From: Amoebidium appalachense
Taxonomy: Eukaryota; Protista; Ichthyosporea
NCBI GenBank assembly: GCA_963693365.1
Contig: CAVNZM010000006.1
Coordinates: 1-64,000, forward strand
Direction of reading: 5' to 3'
DNA: 64,000 bases
Positions within the stretch are counted from its first letter, which is position 1. Each line of letters begins with the position of its first letter. Position numbers and translations under genes: made by a program. Below the pieces are notes generated by a model. It made no database searches. It was not told where the DNA came from and saw only the letters and a program-made list of their open reading frames with translations. Below are positions 12,801-29,467 of this stretch, piece after piece.

Positions 12801-13351
12801 GTTCCGGGTCTGACCCAGACCCGGTGATGGAGTGTAAATGGCGCGATGTGCACGAGCTTCACCCGATAGGATCAATAAATTTGGCCTACAAGACACAACC
12901 CTTAAATTAACTCGGGGGTGCAGGGCCAGATGAGCCCGGCCAGGCATGCGAGGCCAGCAGCCCAGCCGGCAGCAGTGGCAGCCAGCCAATCATCATCGGC
13001 CACGGCACCCTGCCGCCCAATCGCATCCTCGAGCTGTGGGGCCAGCACCGGGACGAGCTCTGCAGCGAGTGCAAGGTGCTGCGGCCTGACCCGCCCCCCA
13101 GCGAGCGCTGCATCTACCTGCATGCCTGGCGCTATGCGGGCCCCGGCTGGGCCTACCAGACACCCCTGCCGGACTGGGCAAAGGACTCGGTGGGCGAAGG
13201 GGGGGTCGAGCAGGGGGAGGTGGAGGGAACATGTGTGGGTGGCTCGGAGGGAGGGGTAGGGGAAGGAGCAGGGGGTGCATGTGACGGTGGGTTGAAGGGA
13301 GGGCTTACAGTAGGGGCCACATGTGAGGGTAGCTTGCAGGGGCCTTGCTAG
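4431..13351 (+). CDS. RPUSD2: RluA-family RNA pseudouridine synthase (RPUSD2/RIB2/PUS9-like)
   Basis: Phase-consistent GT-AG exons: 4431-4494, 5774-5895, 6835-7023, 7536-7614, 8250-8391, 9846-9982, 11128-11181, 12393-12611 and 12924-13351. Motifs: [17 protein letters not shown]4-like region, [24 protein letters not shown], catalytic [35 protein letters not shown] and IYLHAWRY. The start codon is tentative because an acceptor at 4415 implies an upstream exon. Confidence 0.93.
6472..6642. repeat. Minisatellite, 42-bp unit, about 4 copies
   Basis: GGGCATATGCCTAGTSTATGTGTGCAGGTAGCTGTGTGATCA repeated. Confidence 0.9.
8741..9647. repeat. Minisatellite, ~40-bp unit
   Basis: GGGGGACCAGGAGATATGACTAGATACTCRAGTAAT tandem, more than 20 copies. 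Confidence 0.95.
10387..11124. repeat. Minisatellite, 45-bp unit
   Basis: GTGCCTTTAACACCACCTACCCCCCTGTCTTTTTCAATTATATTG tandem, about 16 copies. Confidence 0.95.
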
Positions 13352-13385
13352 GGGTGTGGTGCACATTTGCGCGTGTATAGCCACA

Positions 13386-13568
13386 TGTGCAGGTGTATAG
13401 ACACATGACTGTGCACGTGTATAGACACATGACTGTGCAGGTGTATAGACGCATGACTGTGCAGGTGTATAGACACGACTGTGCACGTGTATAGACACAT
13501 GACTGTGCAGGTGTATAGACACATGACTGTGCAGGTGTATAGACACATGACTGTGCACGTGTATAGAC
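13386..13568. repeat. Minisatellite, 28-bp unit
   Basis: TGTGCASGTGTATAGACACATGAC-type tandem just after the RPUSD2 stop. Confidence 0.85.
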
Positions 13569-13794
13569 TGCGCTACCACCACGGTATACGTATGAATTTG
13601 ACATACTATTAAACTGGGAGGTACATGTCGGCAGCACATATTATTACAAAACCGATTCGGCCGGGCCCACCCTCAATGTGTGCAAATGCATTTGCATGGC
13701 CAACATAAGCCTAGCACATGCATGTACGTGCATCCTGTGTGTATATGTACATGGATCACGTACACAACCTTGGCTGCAATGTGCTGCGGCAGCC

Positions 13795-15053
13795 ATGCAT
13801 TTATTGTTTGCCCAGACCATATATCATGCATTTATTGGGTGCCCAGAACATATATCATGCATTTATTGTTTGCCCAGACCGTATATCATGCATTTATTGG
13901 GTGCCCAGAACATATATCATGCATTTATTGTTTGCCCAGACCGTATATCATGCACTTATTGGGTGCCCAGAACATATATCATGCATTTATTGTTTGCCCA
14001 GACCATATATCAAGCATTTATTGGGTGCCCAGAACATATATCATGCATTTATTGTTTGCCCAGACCATATATCAAGCCTTTATTGGGTGCCCAGAACATA
14101 TATCATGCATTTATTGGGTGCCCAGACCATATATCAAGCATTTATTGGGTGCCCAGAACATATATCATGCATTTATTGTTTGCCCAGACCATATATCAAG
14201 CCTTTATTGGGTGCCCAGAACATATATCATGCATTTATTGGGTGCCCAGACCATACATCATGCATTTATTGGGTGCCCAGACCATATAATATTATCATGC
14301 ATTTATTGTTTGCCCAGACCATATATCAAGCATTTATTGGGTGCCCAGAACATATATCATGCATTTATTGGGTGCCCAGACCATACATCATGCATTTATT
14401 GGGTGCCCAGACCATATAATATTATCATGCATTTATTGTTTGCCCAGACCATATATCAAGCATTTACTGGGTGCCCAGAACATATATCATGCATTTATTG
14501 GGTGCCCAGACCATACATCATGCATTTATTGGGTGCCCAGACCATATAATATTATCATGCATTTATTGTTTGCCCAGACCATATATCAAGCATTTATTGG
14601 GTGCCCAGAACATATATCATGCATTTATTGGGTGCCCAGACCATACATCATGCATTTATTGGTGGCCCAGACCATATAATATTATCATGCATTTATTGTT
14701 TGCCCAGACCATATATCAAGCATTTATTGGGTGCCCAGAACATATATCATGCATTTATTGGGTGCCCAGACCATACATCATGCATTTATTGGGTGCCCAG
14801 ACCATATAATATTATCATGCATTCATTGGATGCCCAGACCATATATCATGCATTTATTGGGTGCCCAGACCATACATCATGTATATATTGGGTGCCCAGA
14901 CCATATATCATGTATATATTGGGTGCCCAGGCCATATATCATGCATTTATTGGATGCCCAGGCCATATATCATGTATATTGGGTGCCCAGACCATATATC
15001 ATGCATTTATTGGGTGCCCAGGCCATATATCATGCATTTATTGGGTGCCCAGA
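13795..15053. repeat. Satellite with ~31-bp monomer and 130-bp higher-order unit
   Basis: ATGCATTTATTGKKTGCCCAGAMCATATATC monomers. Near-identical ORFs recur at 14341, 14471, 14601 and 14731 (130-bp step). Confidence 0.95.
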
Positions 15054-15372
15054 TCATGCGTCTGAAGACTATTATTAGCACCGTGCAGGTTGGACTGTTG
15101 ACCTGTCGATGCCAGTCGGGCCGTGCGACTCTAGTCAGACTGTGGGGGTGCATGCTGGTCAGTGATGTGCAAGTGTAGGTGTTGTCCGTATGGTTTAGGT
15201 AGTAAGGTAGTGTGTGGGGATTGGTGAGGGTGCGTGTTTGTACTTGCAAGTGCGCACGTGGACCATGCTACACAGTATGCAGTCACTCAGCTATGCATAT
15301 AGCATGACATGAAGGCAAAACGCACCACATTCTCAGGTCCCAAGAAGGAGGGAGAGCTCGGGGTGTGTGTGT

Positions 15373-15420
<48 letters not shown>

Positions 15421-15794
15421 GAATGCGTCAAAAAGTACGAAGTACACAAGAACAAACGGATAACACGATGCAGAATGCAAGCCATACATAAAGAGTATGC
15501 ATAATAAGCAGAGCCCATCCTCAGGGGGTGCCCACGTCATCCACAGTACTCGAATTTCGACCTATTCCCCTCGTTAACGAAACCCAACTCAGATACTGTT
15601 TCACTTGAACACGAGTAGGTCACCCGTCTTGATCAGAGACGAGCAGGGTTGCTTATGCAGGCAAGGGCAGTGGGAAAGGCCGGGGGTTAAAGGGGAGGGG
15701 GGGGGGGGGGGGGGAAGGTTTTTTCCTGCTCTGAGGGCCTTTTTTTTTTTTTAGCTCCAAATATGGCACACAAACAAGCTGCATGCCACACGCC

Positions 15795-21776
<5,982 letters not shown>

Positions 21777-22162
21777 GGCTACGGGCGGGCACGTCTCCTG
21801 CCCTTTCCGTTCTTTGCGTTGGTGTTACTCTAAAAAGGAGTTTGAGAGTCTCGGGAAAAACTGGGCTTGCGGCAAATATGTGCGGATCGTCCAATTGCAA
21901 TGCGCATCCACCGAGACCTCCTAGATCGAACGTAATTTCTAGGAGGATTGGTCTCTGCTATGGCGACATAGATCTAGCCACCACCGAGTCTTCTCCGATG
22001 AGTTTCTGTTTACTCTATTAAACAGACATCGATATTTTCATTCACAGTCACGTTTTCTATATGAAAAACACCGTCCCAGGAGGCCATTTCTTTAATCTGG
22101 GACAGAGAACAAAAAAATCCAGAGCAAAACCATCCAAGACATTCAGGATCTGGGAAACTGTA

Positions 22163-22387
22163 CCTTGCTATCACGTGAGAGAGAGAGAGAGAGAGAGTGT
22201 GTGTGTGTGTGTGTGTGTGTGTGCACGTGTCATGGAAAGACACTGCTCCCGGGGCATGATTCCGGCGGGGCGGGAGGCACGCACGGCACACGTGGCACAC
22301 GTGGCACACACAGCACGCACGGCACGCACGGCACGGCGAGACTGGCATGCCCCTCACAGTGTCTGGATCTAGTGGAATCTTGCTATC

Positions 22388-22427
<40 letters not shown>

Positions 22428-22570
22428 ACGTGACTCAGAGACACTGCGCCCGGGGAGTGGTTCCGGCGGGCCGGCGAGGCACACATGGCACACGTGGCAC
22501 ACACAGCACGCACGGCACGGCGATACTGGCATGCCCCTCACAGTGTCTGGATCTAGTGGAATCTTGCTAT

Positions 22571-22621
<51 letters not shown>

Positions 22622-22712
22622 ACGTGACTGAGAGACACTGCGCCCGGGTAGTGGTTCCGGTGGGCCGGCGAGGCACACACGGCACGGCAGACACACGTGG
22701 GGCACGTGCTGG

Positions 22713-22749
<37 letters not shown>

Positions 22750-23175
22750 GGTGTTTGGATCGAGTGGAGTCTTGCTATCACGTGTGTGTGTGTGGGGGGG
22801 GGTGCTTGTGTGTCTTTTTGTGTGTGGGGGGGGTGTGTCTTTTTGTGTGTGGGGAGTGTGTGTGTCTTTTTTTGTGTGTGTGTGTGTGTCTTTTTGTGTG
22901 TGTGTGTGTGTGTGTGTGTCTTTTTGTGTGTGTGTGTGTGTGTGTTTTGAGCTTTTGTGTGTGTTTGTGTGTGTGTGTTTTGTGCTTTTGTGTGTGACAC
23001 AGTGTTTTGCTAAGTGTTGTGCTTTTGTGTTGTGCCGTGCTAAGTGTTGTGTGTGTGGGGTGGTGTGCTTTTGTGCCGTGCTAAGTGTTGTGTGTGTGGG
23101 GTGTGTGTTGTTTCTGTTCCGGGCATTCCTGTCACAGGGGGTGCTTGTGCTTGTGGGTAGGGGATGCACTTGGGT

Positions 23176-23213
<38 letters not shown>

Positions 23214-23745
23214 TCGGAAGTACGAGCCGGCGGCACTGGTATGTGAGTGTGACGTGTATATATTCATAAAACAGCACATGATTTGTCGATAACCGACATC
23301 AATTAAAAAGCCACACCACCATATTAGACTTGTAAACACTTCGATTACTTGAATACATAACAATTATGCACACCAAACGGAATATTATCACTGGCCTCCC
23401 AACGGCATAGAGCCAGATGTGTGTTTTGTGCCGTGTGTTTTGTGCTTTTGTGTTTTTGTGCCAAGTGTTGTGTGTGTGGGGTGGGGTGCTTTTGTACCGT
23501 GCTAAATGTTGTGCTTTTGTGTTGTGTTTTTGTGTTGTGTTTTTGTGTGGTTTTGTGCCGTGCTAAGTGTTGTGTGTGTGGGGTGGTGTGTTTTTGTGCC
23601 GTGCTAAGTGTTGTGTGTGTGGGGTGGTGTGCTTTTGTGCCGTGCTAAGTGTTGTTTTTTTGTGTGCTTTTGTACCGTACTAAGTGTTGTGTTTTTGTGT
23701 GCTTTTGTGCTTTTGTGTTGTGTTTGTATGCTTTTGTGTTGTGTA
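22163..23745. repeat. Complex repeat array: three ~190-215-bp units followed by GT-rich TTTTGTGCCGTGCTAAGTGTTG repeats
   Basis: CTTGCTATCACRTG recurs near 22164, 22379, 22564 and 22771, and CTGGCATGCCCCTCACAGTGTCTGGATCTAGTGGAAT is duplicated. Confidence 0.85.
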
Positions 23746-23859
23746 ACACAAGGGGGATAGAAATCAACAAAATGACCTCCTAAACACCCCCCACACACAA
23801 CACACTACTTGCTGGGCGCGTGTCTCTTGGGGTCATGCTCAACATCGTCACCGCCTCTC

Positions 23860-24581
23860 TTACCCTTCGGGGTGCCCGTCGAGGTGCGAGGGGTACCCAA
23901 AACCGTGGGGGGGCCGGGGCTCCCGGAAGGACACGGTCGGGGGGGGGGCAAGGGGCCGGGGGCTTGAGCCGGCGATGAAGGTGGGCGGGGGGGAGGGGGA
24001 CTTGCGGCGTTTGCGGGTCTCGTCGGAGGTATTGAAAACAAGAATCATTGGGTTGTCGTCGACACGGGCACACAGCCTGTCACGCTGAATCCTGCACTCT
24101 TCAGCCGTGGCCCTCACACTCGCCAACTCGACCTCCCTTGCCTCAAGAGCCGCCCAAGTCTCCTTCAGCTCCCGCACAAGCCCCCCTACATTACCGTACC
24201 CACGGGCCACACGTAGGAGCAAATCTTCTGCGTCCTTCGCACTCGGTGTTGCAGACTCTTGTAGAGCCTCGTTCTGGCGTTTCAGAGCTTCGTTCTGGCA
24301 AACAACTTTCTCTGAAACCTTCTTGACGTCGCCGGACAACGACTTGAGCTGCTCCTCGACAACACCGACCCGACTGCAAAGCTCGTCCCACATCTCGGGG
24401 GTGACACCGACCCGACTGCAAAGCTCGTCCCACATCTCGGGGGTAACACGGAAAGTCTTTCCCCCCTTACCCCCCTCCCCCCCCCTTCAATTTCACCACG
24501 CGGAGACTTGGGGTCAGTACCACGAGGAGACTTGGGGTCAGTGTGCCCCGACTCCAAATCTTCACGATTAGGGTCTGACAT
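23860..24581 (-). CDS. Intronless coiled-coil ORF of unknown function, likely one gene split by a poly-G frameshift near 24480
   Basis: The ATG at 24581 (MSDPNREDLESGHTDPKSPRGTDPKSPRG) can join the 191-aa ORF 24435-23860 across a C-run. It has a long heptad region, a duplicated VTPEMWDELCSRVG and an RKRRK NLS-like motif. Confidence 0.5.
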
Positions 24582-24819
24582 GACTAGTAACGCTCAAGAA
24601 CAAAAGAAAGGATTTTCAAGGTGAGAGTGATCAAAAAATGACTAACTACCGTAGTACGTCATCGGATTTGAATTCCCTTTCAGTATATATACCGTTTTAC
24701 ATCTTGTTTTATTCATTCGTGAGACTTTCTTGATTGATTAACTACCTACGTCATCGGATTTGAATGTCCTTTCAGTATATATCCCGCTTACATCTTTTGT
24801 TTTATTCAGGCCCAACACC

Positions 24820-25946
24820 ATGGCCTCCCAGCACGACCTCGTCCCTCTCGATGGCAAGCGGGTGCACAGTCCCGAGCAGTCCGGGCCCCCCCGCCCCAAC
24901 ATGCAAACCGGTTTGGTGTCCTCGCTATCGAAAACTCCGACGACATCCTGGATTTTGAGTCCCAACAGGCGAGTCAGAACCGTTGTGTTGTCTACTCCAC
25001 AACCTTCCATCCCAGCCGCTAAGAAACCCAAGACCAACACAGACCAACTCAAGGACCTACGTGATGAAAATGCCTGCCTTCGTGTCCAAGTGACTGAGCT
25101 CCTGCAGGGCAGGTGAAGGAACTCAACGCCACCCTGGCTCGTTTCATCGATACGTCTTCGCCTTCCCGTGAGCAGCCGGTGGGGCCGGGCTGCCAGTGCG
25201 GCAGCTGCTGCGGCCTCTCCCCCTAACGGTGGTGGCCCTCGCATTCCCACCATCATTCCGGAACTGTTGGAGATTCGAGGAGCCGCCCCCCTGCCAAGTC
25301 CATACCCGTTTCCTATGCTGCCGCCGCTGCTCGCTTCAAGGACTCGGAGGACGCACTTCGTGAGGAGGCCAACAAGGTTGGCTCGGTCAAGGGCAAGCCT
25401 GAGGCTGTCGACAGCTTTGTGGCCGCTGTCAAGAGCCTTCGTGAACGGTGCCGTCCCCGTCCTGTCAACCCCATGCCATGTCAGGACCAAGCCCGTGCTC
25501 ACTCTCCCGCTTTCAAACCCGTCTACGTCACCCTTGCTCGCGTCCCCATCTCGCAGATCAAGCAAGATTTTCGGGCAATTCGTGTGCGCACCAGCAAAAT
25601 TCGCAATTATTCCTTCATCAGCGGCCGTGTGCTTGAGCTTCTTGTTGAGGAGGATTACGAGGCTGAGTTGTGCACCAAGCTGCGCAACGTTCTGCACCTC
25701 GAAATTCTGGACTCGGCGGCTTTTCAGCCTGATGCGCTCGGTACTAGTAACATTCGGCAACAGAAATTTATGGACGCCGGCAAAACCGCTGTGGACATGC
25801 TTCGCGGGCGGTTGCAGAAACAGGTGGCCTTTTTCGAGCGGGCGGACGGATCCCCCCGTCATGTGACTGCGTCCCAGGAGGTGGTGGCTTTTTATCGTGC
25901 GTGGTTGGATCGGATTGGCGCACCGCAGGCCGCTGCCGGAAATTAA
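24820..25946 (+). pseudogene. LINE ORF1 (frameshifted)
   Basis: Begins MASQHDLVP at 24820 with a coiled coil (LKDLRDENACLRVQVTEL). A frameshift lies near 25110. The C-terminal part is ORF 25419-25946, whose TAA directly abuts the ORF2 ATG (TAAATG). Confidence 0.75.
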
Positions 25947-26516
25947 ATGGCTCAACAATCTCAACCTCTTTCTTTTTTGTTTTGGAATGTTCATGGTTTA
26001 CATTGAATCCCCGCAACTGCAATACATTTTCGACTCTGTTCGTATCTATTCTTTTGTTGTTCTTGCCGAGACATGGTTCTATAATCATCATCAGTTGGAG
26101 CAATCCGGATTTTTTATTGGGTCTTCGTCATCGACTGGTTTCTCCCGAGGCAGCATCGCTGTTTTAGCCAATCCTAGCATTCGCTCGGATTGCAGGGTCA
26201 TTGCGGCGCATGAGTATTTCGTCACCATTCAGTTTCGTGCGTGGACTTTGTCTTTCGTGTACTTTCCTCCATCGTTAGGTACTGACACTTTGTCAGCCGT
26301 GGTTAACCAAATTCCCGTTTCTCAGGTTTTTATCGGTGACTTCAATTGTCCAGTGGTTCCGTGTGATAGGGTACATACCCCGTCCCCAGCACAGTTTCGC
26401 CCTTTTTCTGACCGTGCTCGTGTCCTTGCCAACCTTCTTCGAAAGCACCTTGTCCGTCTTCCTCGCGTTTTCGCCAACCACGCGACTAACTGGGGTGCCT
26501 CGTTTTGGGACTCCAC

Positions 26517-27195
26517 TGTTGAAATACACATACACGTGTGTAGTTTCTATAGTTGCAAGCATTCGAAGTTGTTGCATACTCAGGCTATAGTATATATTCC
26601 ATAGAATCATATATTATTTGTTCCTCTCTCTCTCCCTCTCTCAGTGAAACGCTGCTGCTTCCTTTGTATCCCATGATCATTTGCCCTTTGGGTACATGTT
26701 GTTGTTCCCTCCATAATCTGATAGGTCTAGTGTACGTGTTCCTGACGTACTACATCTGCATGCCAAGAGCTGTGCACATGTCAGACCATGGTAATAATAT
26801 TGTGATCAAGTAGATTCAATGTTTGTATATTTATGTGAATAGCTATTATTAAACATTTTCACTTTATTATTATCCATTTGTCAGTTGTTTTGCTAGGTTG
26901 TACATGATGTACATGACCGCGAAACTGACTATGGCGAGTTCATATTGATATCATGATTGGCTGTATATCATGTCTCCATATTGCCCATCGATGTGCGCGG
27001 CTTACTGGATAAGTCAGACGTGCACTCAGAATACAGCTCAGTCGTTTCAAGTCAAAGCAAGTTCAAGTCTGCTACGGCTCCTTGGTTGTTCACGATGTAG
27101 CGTCCGCCATAAGTGCTATAGTAGTTGTGCATGTCACAACACCTGTGCACTCTGTCCATTATCATGATGTTCCCTTAGACTCATAAAAATTAATA
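26517..27195. mobile_element. Probable solo LTR (about 680 bp) inserted in the LINE endonuclease domain
   Basis: AT-rich block starting TGTTGAAAT and ending AATTAATA (degenerate ...AACA), flanked by a 5-bp TSD TCCAC (26512-26516 and 27196-27200). Removing it brings the APE motif SDHSPV back near GDFN. It has no visible similarity to the copia LTR. Confidence 0.65.
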
Positions 27196-27907
27196 TCCAC
27201 CCTTCGAGTAATCTCAGTCCCCAGCCGATTCCTTACAGCGTAGTTCGGACCATTCCCCTGTAGAATGTTCGGTTTCCTTTCGAACCTGTTCACTTCGGCG
27301 GGATAGTACTCAAACTAACCGCCGCCACTTATCTCGCGGTTTCAAGCACAAGTTAAACCAGTTACTCGCCGTCAAGGAGTATGGGTCGGTTCATGGCTTT
27401 TTTCTTGCCGCAGTGCTCGACGCCCGTGCGCAGCGGAACCCGGCTATTTTGGAGGTTTGTTATAATGAGGTTGTTGAGTTTCTATTTGCCCTTGGCGAGC
27501 AGGTCGTGGGCACGGTTGAGTACCCTTCCATTCGGCTGAGACACTGGCAGTCTCACGTTTTGCAGTCCTACGACAGTTGTTGCCTCTACAGGAAGCATTA
27601 TCGGTCTGGAAATCCGCCGGTCGGTTTGGGCCTTCCGTGCAAGTCTATGCCCCGTCTCCTTCCAGCTCCGTCGCTGATCCGTCGATGACTATTATGCTTC
27701 CCTATTTTCGCTTCCTAACGTGTCCACGGTTCCATCACCGCCCGCTGGCCTCTCCCAGCCGCCGAGTTGGGAGCCGGACCGATCGTTCCCGGGCACTTTT
27801 CACAGTTATTTCAACTCTTCGGCTGTTTTTGGTTCTATACGGGCGTTAAAACCCCGCAAGGCGTGCGGGCCAGATGCTCTTCCTCCCGTGCTTTTCAAGG
27901 TTCTTTC

Positions 27908-28659
27908 TGTTGTTTTGTACGGGTCTAAGGGAGCAGAGTGCACAGAGGTGTCATGTAAAAACACGACTAACACATTAATGAGAGGGCAATCGGAGTTGTT
28001 CACGAGACATTGAAAGATTTCAAACAACAACTGGATCTTTATTGTGCTCTCGGTTCCTTTTGTACTTGCGACTTATCACCTTATCACAACTAAAGAGGGA
28101 GAACCAATCGGTTCTATCAGAAGATAGAAAAACACATTCCGACAGAGCATACGCATTCCAACTTCCGATTAAACTAAAGTGTAGAAACTCTTACTTAAAT
28201 AAATTAAGTAATTATACATCTAGTCACTATTAACTCACATATATATTTATGTTCGTCTCTATAAAGAAACTTATTTAAATACATATATTTCCTAACAGTC
28301 GACACTCTCAAAGTGAAGACACTTTGCAATAAACCGAATTCCATATATATCTATTGTCCAATCACAACACACATATATTAACAGACAGGAATGCACAACA
28401 CAATCTACAGATGTACTCGCTCGCGACTATTGGCGAGCCATCCTTTTGAGAACAAAACTAAGCCATTTTGAAATAAAGGAAAGACAACGAGTGAGGCTAG
28501 CCAATCACGCTACCTCTCAGATAAACAGAGGAGAGCAAACAGAAATAAAAACACAATAAGTTCTTATCAGGCAAGAGAGTCAGGTGTGCACAGATCTACC
28601 GATATCTGTGCCCACAGAAACAAGGGAGAGAGAGATACGGGGGGGGGGGGGGGGGGGGG

Positions 28660-28690
<31 letters not shown>

Positions 28691-28783
28691 CACAAAGGAG
28701 GAAAGCAGACACGAATACAAACAAGCTAGGACACATACATACTTCAAGGCTCTTGCTGTCATACATGGTGACGTATTCCAACA
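27908..28783 (-). repeat. Copia 3' LTR (876 bp)
   Basis: Direct repeat of 34067-34960. The visible differences are G/GA-run lengths and one ~6-bp indel. Confidence 0.96.
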
Positions 28784-29467
28784 TCCCCACTCAAGGGGTT
28801 GAAGTTTGTGTTCTCGTGTCTGTTGATGTGACGGTAGATGAGGTCCAAACACAGGAGGGGCCGTCACACTCAAGTTTCCCCACTCGAGGATGCAAACCGA
28901 AGATCCTTGAGGTGGGAAGGAGAGAATCAAAACTGAAGAGGCACACAACGACGAACGGTTGCCTCTGAAGACTCGAAATAAGAAATCATGGTGGTTATCG
29001 GCGATATATATATATATATAGGAAACACTAGTGTATGTGTGACGTGTTGGTGGCTAATGGTTTATACTGGGGACCACCCAGGTAAACACAAGACATGAAC
29101 ATCTTGTGGACTGATTTATAGACTGGTGGTCAACCAGTTAAGACACGGGGAAGGTGCATCCCGTGGACTAGGTTTAGACTGGCAACGTCAACCAGCACGT
29201 CATGGCTATAGATAATTATTTATACTGGGACGCCATCCCAGTTCGACATATATATAAGTCGAATATAGAAGAAAACCAATATATATGGTGGGATATGAAT
29301 ATAAATAAACGACGGATGAGGGAGAATAATCCCCACTGAAGATGCACACATATGACGATGTAAGACTGAGTCCCCACTGATGAAGAGAAACGATGAGGAG
29401 TAGTAGACTTTCGTTGGGAGGCATCTTGATCACCGTAGGTGTGTCAACTGCTGTCCAGGGCCCCAAC

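Noticed and set aside
12797-12905. Tiny MITE or ncRNA with hairpin CCGGGTCTG-ACC-CAGACCCGG
   Set aside because: Only a 9-bp stem and a 6-bp terminal match, with no second copy in the window.
13678-15178. Cys/His-rich repeat ORFs
   Set aside because: These are translations of the 31-bp satellite in all three frames.
24738-25994. 418-aa minus-strand ORF
   Set aside because: It is the antisense shadow of LINE ORF1 with no recognisable motifs, though an antisense ORF cannot be fully excluded.
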